Assembly (NCBI GenBank): GCA_963702845.1
Contig: OY969763.1
Location: forward strand, 5,152,001 to 5,216,000
Length of the DNA stretch: 64,000 nt
Direction of reading: 5' to 3'
Source: an uncultured Verrucomicrobiae bacterium
GTDB taxonomy: Bacteria; Verrucomicrobiota; Verrucomicrobiia; Limisphaerales; Palsa-1400
Shown piece after piece: positions 48,910 through 58,500 of this stretch. A program made the position numbers and the translations under genes. The notes beneath the pieces were generated by a model. That model was not told the DNA's origin. It searched no databases and saw only the letters and a program-made list of their open reading frames with translations. The first letter of the stretch is position 1, and every line of letters begins with the position of its first letter.

Positions 48910-49131
48910 ATGCAGAAAACGCCGGTTAAACTGTTGGACGTTGTGGCTCTGCTCAATGACAGGCCATCGGACAACCTGGCCTCAGGTCAGGTGGGCACCG
49001 TCGTGGAAGTGCTCGCACCGGATGTGTTTGAGGTAGAGTTTTTGGATTCAAACGGACGAACGATTGCGCTCGTCGAATTAAACCGCTCTGAACTGCTGGT
49101 GCTCAAGCACGAACCGGCTCTCGCCCATTAA
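48910..49131 (+). CDS. DUF4926-like small protein (putative immunity/antitoxin)
   Basis: LLDVVALL.D.P..NL..GQVGTVVE......FEVEF.D..G.T signature. Confidence 0.82.
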   Translation: MQKTPVKLLDVVALLNDRPSDNLASGQVGTVVEVLAPDVFEVEFLDSNGRTIALVELNRSELLVLKHEPALAH

Positions 49132-49132
49132 C

Positions 49133-50017
49133 ATGAATCGCCGACAATTTATCCAGCGCACTGCCGCAACGGTTACACTTGCTGCGGCTATGCCTTCTCT
49201 TTTTGCGCAGGAGAAAAAGCGTGAGATCAAAAAAGCGATCATGTATGCGACGGTCGGCGTGAAAGGCTCCGTCCTGGAGAAGTTCAAGGCGATCAAAGCG
49301 GCTGGGTTTGCCGGCGTTGAGCCGATGAGCCATATGAACCAGGATGAAGTCCTGAAGGCTCGCGACGAGGCGGGTTTGGTCACCCCCAGTGTTTGTTGCT
49401 CGACGCATTGGCAGGAAAACATGGCGAGCCCGGATGCGGCGATGCGCGAGCGCGCGCTCGCTGGTTTGAAGCAGACCCTGCAAGACGCCAAACGTTACGG
49501 CGCGACTTCGGTCCTGTTCATTCCGGCCGTGGTCAGTAAAGAGGTTCCTTACGCCGACGCCTACAAGCGTTCTCAGGAGGAGCTGAAGAAGGCGATTCCG
49601 ATGGCCGAAGATCTCGGTGTTAAAATCGCCATTGAAAATGTTTGGAATAATTTTCTGCTCAGCCCGATGGAAGCGGCACGTTATGTGGATGAATTTAACA
49701 GCAAAGCGGTCGGCTGGCATTTCGATATTGGCAACGTGATGCGGATCGGTTGGCCGGAGCAGTGGATTGAAGTCCTCGGCAAACGAATTCAAAAGCTGCA
49801 CATCAAGGAATTCAGCCGCGAGAAAATGAACTCGCAGGGTTTATGGAAGGGGTTCGACGTGAAGCTGCGGGAAGGCGACAATAATTGGCCGCGCGTGATG
49901 GCGGCGTTGGACAAGGTCGGCTACAACGGCTGGGGCATCGCCGAGCAGGGCGGCGCTGATTCACCGGAAGGGATGCAGGATATTTCGTCGCGGATGGATA
50001 AGATTTTCGCGAGCTAA
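49133..50017 (+). CDS. Tat-exported sugar phosphate isomerase/epimerase (xylose-isomerase-like TIM barrel)
   Basis: MNRRQFI leader, GFAGVE, IENVWNNFL, FDIGN and HIKEF. Confidence 0.92.
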   Translation: MNRRQFIQRTAATVTLAAAMPSLFAQEKKREIKKAIMYATVGVKGSVLEKFKAIKAAGFAGVEPMSHMNQDEVLKARDEAGLVTPSVCCSTHWQENMASPDAAMRERALAGLKQTLQDAKRYGATSVLFIPAVVSKEVPYADAYKRSQEELKKAIPMAEDLGVKIAIENVWNNFLLSPMEAARYVDEFNSKAVGWHFDIGNVMRIGWPEQWIEVLGKRIQKLHIKEFSREKMNSQGLWKGFDVKLREGDNNWPRVMAALDKVGYNGWGIAEQGGADSPEGMQDISSRMDKIFAS

Positions 50018-51093
50018 AAAAGCTCCAACTGCGGCCCGCTCGGCCGACGAAACGCCGTTGTGGACAAAACAGGCCGTCTGCCAAAAATGCCGGCCTTGCG
50101 GCAGGCGATCTCGAAGGTCTTCTCGATTTGCTCGGCGAAAATGCCGTGGCCGCTCATGCGCGAACCGAAGTTTGGGTCATTCAACTTTCCGTCGCGCATG
50201 GCGCGGATTCGGTTCAGCACTTTGTCCTTTTTGCCGGGCGCGTGAACATCGAGCCATTTTTCGAACAGGTCCTTCACCGCGTGCGGCAAGCGCACGACGA
50301 TGTAGCCGGCGTATTTTGCACCAGCGTCGGTGGCGCGCTCGATGAGAGGAAGCATCTCGTGATCAGTGAGTCCGGGAATCGTCGGCCCCATCATCACGCC
50401 GACGGGCACGCCTGCGTCTGAAAGCTTCTTGATCGCTTCGATGCGCTGCGCAGGCATTGAGGTGCGCGGTTCCATCACGCGCGCCAGATCGGAATCCAAC
50501 GTCGTCACCGAAATAAATACTGCCGCCGCCTGGTGCTTCGCCAGTTCTTGCAACAAGTCGATATCACGAGTGACCAGATGGTTTTTGGTGATGATGGAAA
50601 CTGGATTTCGAAACTCGGCAAACACTTCCAGACAGCCGCGGGTGATTTCCAGTTTCTTTTCGATCGGTTGATAACAATCGGTGTTCCCACTCATCGCGAC
50701 GACGCGCGGCTTCCATCGCGGCGACATGAGCTCTTTGCGCAACAGTTTCGGCGCGTCCTCTTTCACCATGATTTTGCTCTCAAAATCGAGCCCGGCCGAG
50801 AATCCTAAATACTCATGGGTCGGCCGCGCATAACAATAGATGCAGCCGTGTTCGCAACCGCGATAGGGGTTGATGCCGGTTTCGAAGCCGACGTCCGGCG
50901 AGTCGTTGTCCGTGAGGACCGATTGCGTTTTGTCTTTGAAATACTTCGTGCGCAAAGCTTTGCGACTGTCAGCCACGTCATCGGCTGACAGCGATGCATC
51001 GGCATCGGCGTCCACCTCGACGTGCAATTCCTCAAAGCGATTAGCCGGATTAAACGGCGCGCCTCGACCATGGATTGGAATTGCGGGTTGCAT
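50014..51093 (-). CDS. Radical SAM protein, PA0069/Rv2578c (SplB-like DNA repair) family
   Basis: GRGA..NP.NRFE, NDSPDVGF, INPYRGCEHGCIYCYAR, TDCYQP.E and MEPR. Confidence 0.92.
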   Translation of the reverse strand: MQPAIPIHGRGAPFNPANRFEELHVEVDADADASLSADDVADSRKALRTKYFKDKTQSVLTDNDSPDVGFETGINPYRGCEHGCIYCYARPTHEYLGFSAGLDFESKIMVKEDAPKLLRKELMSPRWKPRVVAMSGNTDCYQPIEKKLEITRGCLEVFAEFRNPVSIITKNHLVTRDIDLLQELAKHQAAAVFISVTTLDSDLARVMEPRTSMPAQRIEAIKKLSDAGVPVGVMMGPTIPGLTDHEMLPLIERATDAGAKYAGYIVVRLPHAVKDLFEKWLDVHAPGKKDKVLNRIRAMRDGKLNDPNFGSRMSGHGIFAEQIEKTFEIACRKAGIFGRRPVLSTTAFRRPSGPQLELF

Positions 51094-51097
51094 CTGT

Positions 51098-51156
51098 CGG
51101 CAGGACGAATATGTGCTGTCAAATGTCCACTTGTTTCGATTTCGGTTTAATGATAA
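51098..51156 (+). repeat. Duplicated upstream region, copy 1
   Basis: CGGCAGGACGAA..TGTGCTGTCAAAT...CACTTGTT...ATGATAA is shared with ~55432-55490. Confidence 0.75.
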
Positions 51157-51213
51157 ACCAACAGTCAGCCTACAACAACTCAACTCCGTTCCGGGTGGTG
51201 CGGGCAATAAGCA

Positions 51214-54200
51214 ATGAATCCAATACGTCCTTTGGGCGGGCTGATCGCTCTGCTCGTAATGTTATGTTGTATACCGGAAACACGGGGTCAAAATGCGCCG
51301 TCGATAACGACGCAACCGCAAAGCGCCACGGCGGTCGTGGGCGGGGCGACGAATTTGTTCGTCGTAGCCACCGGCAATGCGCCGCTGCGCTACCAATGGT
51401 ATGCAGGCACGACGGCGCTGGTTGATGATGCCCACCTCACCGGCAGCACTAATGCGGCACTGAGTCTAACCAACATCACCACGGCTGATGCGGCTAGTTA
51501 TTCTGTCGTTGTCAGTAATGCGTCGGGCGTCGTGACCAGCCTTGTCGCAACCGTCACGGTGGTTTCGCTGCCGGTGATTAATATCGTCAACAATCCGGCA
51601 GTTGCGATTGGCGGCAATGTGAACCTGGGCGCTAGTATTTTCAGTACCGCATCGTTAACAAATCAATGGTTTTTCAACGGCGTTCCGGTTGTCACAAACG
51701 AAAGGTTCGTCATCAACGAATATCCGTTCGTTTCCGGCGGCGGCATCAACAGCGTGTTGACCATTTTGAACGCGCAGGTTTCCGATGCGGGTACCTACTG
51801 GCTGGTCGCGTCCAACTTGGCCGGCGGGACAACCAGTTCATGCACGTTGGTGGTGGGCTACCCACCCGAGATCACGCAGCATCCGCAACCGCAAACGGTC
51901 ACAAACGGTTATACCGTTGTGTTCAACGTTGCTGCGACGGGCTCTGATCCATTGAGTTACAAATGGAATTACAACAGTAGTCCTCTTTCTGATGATGCCC
52001 GGCATTTTGGAACAACCACAGCGTCGTTGACGATTTCAAACACCTTGAGCTCGGACAGTGGGTCGTACTCTGTAGACGTTGCCAATGCGATCGCTACAAG
52101 TTATAGCAGCAACGTCCTGTTGACGGTTCTTGTTCCTCCAGCTGTCACAAAACAGCCGCTGTCGCGCTCGGTTCCGCAGGGTTTGCCGACTACGTTCAGC
52201 AGCACGGGCACCGGTTCCGCGCCGCTTTCATTTCAGTGGCGTTTGAACGACGTCGCCATCTCGGGCGCGACAGCATCAGACCTGAAGCTGACGTCCGTGG
52301 GTCTGACAAACCTCGGCACTTACACGCTCGTGCTCAGCAATTCGGCAGGCACAGTGACGAGCAGTCCCGCCGCGCTGACGTTTGGGCCAGTTGCGCCCTG
52401 GGGTGACAACACTTACAATCAAGGATTGCCGCCGGCTGGGCTGACGAATGTCATCGCGATCGGCGCGGCTGGGAACAGCGATTATGCCTTACTCGCGGAC
52501 GGTTCGCTTTTGCATTGGGGTATCAGCACCAACATCACGCCGAACGTTTCGAATCTGGTTGCAATGTCCATCGCATACACCGAAACAGGCATCGGATTGC
52601 GCTCGGATGGAGTGGCTGTGGGCATCAACCGCACGCTTTCTGGTGCTCCCTGGACGAACATCGTGGCCGTGGCGGCAGCGCCTTCTTATGTGTATGCGTT
52701 GCGCTATGACGGCACTGTTCTCGGCACCGACTCGCTCGTTCCGGCCAATCTCGACAATGTCACCGCTATTTCCGCCAGCGGCACGCAGGTGATGGCTTTG
52801 CGCAATGACGGAACAGTTGTGACCTGGGCTGTAACGGCCGGTGCGCCGATCACGCCCCCTTCCCCTCTGGCGAATATTACCGCGATTGCCAGTGGTTATA
52901 ATTTCTGTCTCGCGGTGAAGTCCGATGGCCACATCGTTGCGTGGGGAAACAACCTGTCCACAAACATTCCGGCATCCGCAACCAACGTGGTAGCCGTCAG
53001 TGCAAGTCAGGCGTCGGGTAGCTCACCCCTTGCGGCAGCATTGCGTGCGGATGGCACAATTGTGACATGGGGCAGCACGGGCATCGTCGTCCCGACCAAT
53101 GCCATTGCACCGTCAAAAATCAGCAATGCTGTAGCAGTCGCTGTGGGGACAGGAAATGGCGTCGCACTCGTGAATAACGGTTTGCCACTGCTGGTGCAAC
53201 CGCCCGTAGGCGGCACGGCGTACTCGGGGCGTAATTTCACTTTACGCGGACTGGCGATCGGTGCGGCACCACTGTCGTATCAATGGTTTCATGATGGAGC
53301 AATCGTCACCAACGCTACGAATTCAGCGCTCGTTTTGCCGAACGTTTCTACGTCAGATGCGGGCGGGTATCAACTGGTGGTCACGAACGCGCTGGGCTCA
53401 ACGACCAGCATCGCTGCGACTGTTCGCGTGAACGATAGCACGCCTTTTGTGTTGCAAGGGCCGGTCAGCCAAACATTTTACGTCGGCGCGACTGGCTCGC
53501 TGGGACGACCCATTAATGGTTCGGGACCAATGACAGTTCAATGGCGCTATCACCCCATCGCGAGTATTGGCATTTACACGAACATCCCCGGAGCAACAAA
53601 CGAATACCTTGTTTTCAATCCCGTCAATGTCGGCAATGGAGGTTCCTATAGCGTGATCGCCAGCAATGCATTCGGCGTCTACACCAGTCCGTTGCTCTCG
53701 CTCACGGTGCGCCAGGTTGTGGCGTGGGGGATTAGCACTTACGGGAATACCAATGTGCCGACGTCGCTGACTAACGCGACCGCCGTCTGCGGTGGTAATT
53801 ACTACAATTCATTCGCGCTTAGGGATGACGGATCTGTGTTGGCGTGGGGATTGAGTACATCTGGTGGTGTTGTGCAGAGTGGATTCAGCAACATCGTCGA
53901 AGTGATTTGCGCGTCCTCGGGCGGCGGCACTCCTGTATTGGGTTTGCGCATGGATGGGACGGTCGCCAGTTCAGGACTCAACGGGGCCGAGTCGAACATC
54001 GTCGCGAAGCTGTCGGGCATTGTGGCAGTGGAATCGGATGGGGGTGGTCGGACGTTTCTGAAACCGGACGGCACGATCTTGCGCCTCTATTCCGGGGGGA
54101 CGACCAATTTCCTCAGTATCAGCAATGTTGTATCGTTATCGCAATGGGATGACGGGTTCCAGGCGTTGCGGGCGGATGGGACGGTTTTTAACTCTGGAAG

Positions 54201-55416
54201 CGGCGGCGCACCACCGTTCGCGACGAACGTGGTCTCCATCGCCTCCAGCCGTTACGCCGGAAGTGTTCTGAAGCGCGATCAAACGATCATCGATTACAGC
54301 CACTCCTACGGGCCGCCATCAACGAATAATTTTTTGGCCATCGCATCCACTGCAACCGCAACGGAACTCGGCGTTGGCGTCGACGGCAGCGTTCATGTCT
54401 GGGGCGGTTTTGACGACACGACAACAAACATTCCCGGGGGCCTGCCGAAGTTACGAGTTATAGACGGTGGTTATGGCGAATTTCTTGCGCTCTGCACGTT
54501 GCAGGATTTCCAACCGCTTTTTCTGCACACAGCGTTGAACACGAGCAACCTCGTCGTATCTTCGCACAATTCGCCGCAGTGGTACGCGCAAAGCAATGTC
54601 TGCCACGACGGATTCAGTGGAGCGCGTAGTGCTAAACTCGGCCAAAACACCGCGTCGTCGATGCGCACGCTGATGACGAATGGTCCCACAACAGTGAGTT
54701 TCTGGTGGAAGGTTTCGTCGGAAACGAATCATGATTTCCTCACGTTCTCGATTGGTGGTATCCCGCAAAGTTCTATTTCTGGTGAGGTCGATTGGCAGCA
54801 CGTTGTGTTTACGGTTCCGGCGGGTCCGCAGATGCTGGTCTGGACGTATTCGAAAGATGCGAGCGGCACAGCTGGTCTGGACGCCGGGTTCGTTGACGAA
54901 TTCGCCATCGGCCCGCAGCCGCCAACCATTTTTGTGCAGCCACAAAGCCAAACCTTGCTCAGCGGCAGCACGGCAATTTTCAGTGTCGGCGTCAATGGCC
55001 AATTGCCATTCACCTATCGATGGTATCGGAATAACGACCCGATCGGGCCGAATACCAACGTCCTGACGTTCTTAAACGTCCACCGCTCTTTCTCGGGGAC
55101 ATTCAAAGTGGTCGTCAACAATTCGCTTGGCACCGTGACCAGCAGCGACGCCGTCCTGACCGTGCGCACACCGCAGCAAATCGCAACTCCGTTGCTACAG
55201 CCGGATGGAAGTTTTCTCGTTACGTCTGGAGACGCGGATGGTTTTTACATCGGCAACCAGACCAGCGCCGCTGCTTTCCAGGCACAGTATAGTTCGAACT
55301 TGGTCGATTGGTTGCCGCTCAACGCTGCGCTGTCCATCAGCAACGGATTGCTGCAATTCAACGACACTGACGCGACGAACGATCCGATGCGGTATTATCG
55401 CGTGATCGAACCGTAG
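51214..55416 (+). CDS. Large secreted Ig-domain/RCC1-like repeat surface protein (1400 aa)
   Basis: Signal peptide, ~7 Ig-like domains (P.IT.QP...V.A.G..PL.YQW...L.I......DAG.Y.VVVSN..G), two ALR.DGTV..WG repeat blocks, a FWWKVSSE..D...SGEVDW beta-sandwich, and a C-terminal SSNLVDW...RYYR domain. Confidence 0.92.
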   Translation: MNPIRPLGGLIALLVMLCCIPETRGQNAPSITTQPQSATAVVGGATNLFVVATGNAPLRYQWYAGTTALVDDAHLTGSTNAALSLTNITTADAASYSVVVSNASGVVTSLVATVTVVSLPVINIVNNPAVAIGGNVNLGASIFSTASLTNQWFFNGVPVVTNERFVINEYPFVSGGGINSVLTILNAQVSDAGTYWLVASNLAGGTTSSCTLVVGYPPEITQHPQPQTVTNGYTVVFNVAATGSDPLSYKWNYNSSPLSDDARHFGTTTASLTISNTLSSDSGSYSVDVANAIATSYSSNVLLTVLVPPAVTKQPLSRSVPQGLPTTFSSTGTGSAPLSFQWRLNDVAISGATASDLKLTSVGLTNLGTYTLVLSNSAGTVTSSPAALTFGPVAPWGDNTYNQGLPPAGLTNVIAIGAAGNSDYALLADGSLLHWGISTNITPNVSNLVAMSIAYTETGIGLRSDGVAVGINRTLSGAPWTNIVAVAAAPSYVYALRYDGTVLGTDSLVPANLDNVTAISASGTQVMALRNDGTVVTWAVTAGAPITPPSPLANITAIASGYNFCLAVKSDGHIVAWGNNLSTNIPASATNVVAVSASQASGSSPLAAALRADGTIVTWGSTGIVVPTNAIAPSKISNAVAVAVGTGNGVALVNNGLPLLVQPPVGGTAYSGRNFTLRGLAIGAAPLSYQWFHDGAIVTNATNSALVLPNVSTSDAGGYQLVVTNALGSTTSIAATVRVNDSTPFVLQGPVSQTFYVGATGSLGRPINGSGPMTVQWRYHPIASIGIYTNIPGATNEYLVFNPVNVGNGGSYSVIASNAFGVYTSPLLSLTVRQVVAWGISTYGNTNVPTSLTNATAVCGGNYYNSFALRDDGSVLAWGLSTSGGVVQSGFSNIVEVICASSGGGTPVLGLRMDGTVASSGLNGAESNIVAKLSGIVAVESDGGGRTFLKPDGTILRLYSGGTTNFLSISNVVSLSQWDDGFQALRADGTVFNSGSGGAPPFATNVVSIASSRYAGSVLKRDQTIIDYSHSYGPPSTNNFLAIASTATATELGVGVDGSVHVWGGFDDTTTNIPGGLPKLRVIDGGYGEFLALCTLQDFQPLFLHTALNTSNLVVSSHNSPQWYAQSNVCHDGFSGARSAKLGQNTASSMRTLMTNGPTTVSFWWKVSSETNHDFLTFSIGGIPQSSISGEVDWQHVVFTVPAGPQMLVWTYSKDASGTAGLDAGFVDEFAIGPQPPTIFVQPQSQTLLSGSTAIFSVGVNGQLPFTYRWYRNNDPIGPNTNVLTFLNVHRSFSGTFKVVVNNSLGTVTSSDAVLTVRTPQQIATPLLQPDGSFLVTSGDADGFYIGNQTSAAAFQAQYSSNLVDWLPLNAALSISNGLLQFNDTDATNDPMRYYRVIEP

Positions 55417-55431
55417 TAGCGGCGGTTTGTG

Positions 55432-55490
55432 CGGCAGGACGAACGTGTGCTGTCAAATACTCACTTGTTGCGGATGCGTATTTATGATAA
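55432..55490 (+). repeat. Duplicated upstream region, copy 2
   Basis: Paralogous to ~51098-51156. Confidence 0.75.
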
Positions 55491-55556
55491 CCCGTCCGTC
55501 AACACGGAACAATTCACCCCGACATCCGTTGTTCCGTTAGGGAAACGAAAACTCTA

Positions 55557-58500
55557 ATGCGCTCTCTATTTATAGCCGGCGTCCTCACCGCGCTCTCGTT
55601 GATCGCGGCCAACACCGCATTCGGCCAGGCCGCTCCGGGAATAACAACTCAACCGGCCAGCCAAACCGCGCTCCAAGGTTCAAACGTGGTGTTCAGCGTG
55701 GTCGCGAGCGGCCAGGCAACGCTGATCTATCAATGGTCCAAGGGCGGCGCGAACCTGTCCGACAGCGGCCACATCGTCGGGTCAACCACCTCCGCGCTCA
55801 CAATTCTCAGCGCTTTGGCCGGAGATGCTGCGTCCTATCGTGTTGTCGTGACGAATCGCCATGGCTCTGCAACGAGTTCTGACGCCACCCTCGCCGTACT
55901 CGTGCCGCCCACAGTGACGCAACAACCATCGAGCATCACCATTGGCATCGGCAGTAATGCGACTTTCAACGTCGAATGGGGAGGCACCCAACCCATTACC
56001 AATACTTGGTTCTTCAACGGTTTGCCTCTCACAGCAGGGGCGCGAATCGTAATTTCCAATCAGGTTTCAGCCTCAGGCTCGCTCATCGGTTCGCTATCGA
56101 TTACTTCAATTCAAACCGTAGACGCAGGCACTTACTCGGCGGTTGCGTCAAATGTCGCAGGGTCGGCGACCAGCTCCGCGGCAACACTTACGACGATCGC
56201 GTTCCCGCCAGCGATCACCGCGCAGCCGCAAAGCCAGACGGTCGTCGACGGAACTCCGGTTTCGTTCTCCGTCGGTGTCTCCGGAACATTACCGATTTCG
56301 TATCAGTGGTATCGCGACTTCACGCAGTTGGGTGATGACAAATTCATCAGCGGCGCGACCACGCCTACACTCTCCCTGTCCACGCCGTCCATCGGGAGCT
56401 ACTATTTGGTTGCAAGCAATGCCTTCGGCAGCACCAACAGTCTGGCAGCCATTCTTACAGTGCTCTTCGCGCCTAGTATTACTATGCCCTACAATGAAAT
56501 CGTCGGTGTCGGTACAAACGCCATTCTCAGAACAACCGTGAGCGGCACGCACCCGCTCACGAACGTTTGGTTCTTCAACGGTTCGCCGGTCGTGTCAGGG
56601 GGAAGATATCTGACGGTCGAGAATATTTCCGATGTGGTCGATGCATATCTGGTGATTTCGAACGCGCAAACGGCCGATTTGGGCTCATATTGGGTGGTGT
56701 CTTCCAACGTTGTCGGCTCGGCGACGAGTTCTGCGTGGTCGCTAAATCTTGGATACCCGCCCGCTATGATCGACCAGCCACAAAGCCAGACGATAACGAC
56801 CAACGGCTGGACGACGTTATCCGTGAACGCCAGCGGAACGGACCCGATCACTTACCAATGGTACGAAGGAACAGCCCGGCTATCGGACACGTCGCAGTTC
56901 ATCGGCACACAAACCGCAGCGTTGACCATCACCAACGCCAACGTGTCGAACATATCCAGTTATTCAGTTGTTTTAACGAATGCATTTGGACAAACCACCA
57001 GCGCGGTCGCCACAGTGACCGTGGTATCGGTTCCCGAGGTTCTTACAGCGAACAGCCTGACGGCGGTTGTCGGAAGCAGCCCAAAGTTGGGAGGCTACAT
57101 CACGAGTCTTACTGCGGTCACAAACCAATGGTTCTTCAATGGCGCACCGATTGTGACCAACGATCATTTCGTCACTGCCGAACGAATGGTCGGTTCACAA
57201 CTGGAGTCGTTGTTGACTATTTCGAACGCGCAGGTTTCTGACTCGGGTAATTACTGGTTGGTTTCCTCCAATTTAGCAGGCGGCACGGTCAGTTCGAACA
57301 TCACGTTGGTGGTGGGGTATCCGCCGGAAATTACGCAGCAACCGCTGACGCAAGCCGTGACTAATGGATTTCCGTTCACGTTGACGGTTGGGGCGACGGG
57401 GTCGGACCCTCTCGGTTACCAGTGGTATTGGGGTATCGCATCAATTGGTGAAGGTGGTCACTACGTCGGGATGCAAACGGCGTCGTTGACTGTCACCAAT
57501 CCGTTGAGCAGCGATGCCGGCAGTTATTCGGTCGTGGTGACCAATGCCTTCGGCAGCGTGACCAGCAGCAACTCGGTAGTGACGGTGTTGATCCGGCCCT
57601 CGGTAGCGATACTCGGGCGGTCTGTGCCGCTTGGTTGGCCGACGGTGTTTGCGGGCAGTGCCAGCGGTACGACTCCGCTGTCATATCAATGGCAGCTCAA
57701 TGGAGCGGATATTTCCGGTGCGACGAATTTGAGTTACAGCATCGCGAGCATCACGGCGAATGATCTCGGCACGTATAACCTGGTGGTAAGCAATGTGGCT
57801 GGAGTAACGGTCAGTTCGAATGCGTTGCTGACGGTTGGGCCGGTGGTTGGGTTTGGAGATAATTCTTACAACCAATGTCTGCCGCCGGCGGGGCTGAGCA
57901 ACGTTGTTTCGGTGGCCGGGGGCTGGGGCAGTTTTGCAGTGACTGTGGATGGCGCGGTTGTGAAATGGGGAAATACTCCAGGCACGCCATCAATACCGGC
58001 GGATTACACGAACATTGTCGGGCTCGCCGTTGCCCCGAACTACGCGGTTAATACCGGCGATGCGGGAATTGCATTGCGCGCAGACGGAACAGTTGCGGGA
58101 TTTGGAAAGTCTATTCCAACCACATGGAGCAACATCGTGGCGGTCGCATGTAATTCCAGCTACCGATACGGGTTGCGGTCGGATGGGATTGTCTTGGGCA
58201 CCGAACAACTGATGCCAACGGGTTTGAATAACATTGTGGCTATTTCTGCTGCAGATACTCAGGTGATGGCTTTGCGCAATGACGGCACGGTTGTTGTTTG
58301 GTCACTTAGCACATCCAGCGCAACCAATGTGCCGCCTGGGTTGTCGAACGTGGTGGCGATCTCCAGCGGATACAGCATCTGTTTGGCGGCAAAGGCCGAC
58401 GGCACGGCCGTCGCTTGGGGCAGAACCGGGTCGACGAATTTGCCTAATGGACTGAGCAACGTGGTAGCTGTCGCGGCCAGCCAATTTTCGGGCGTCACAA

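Noticed and set aside
51094..51213. Verrucomicrobial LexA box upstream of the SplB-like radical SAM gene
   Set aside because: No convincing TGTTC-N4-GAACA palindrome is present.
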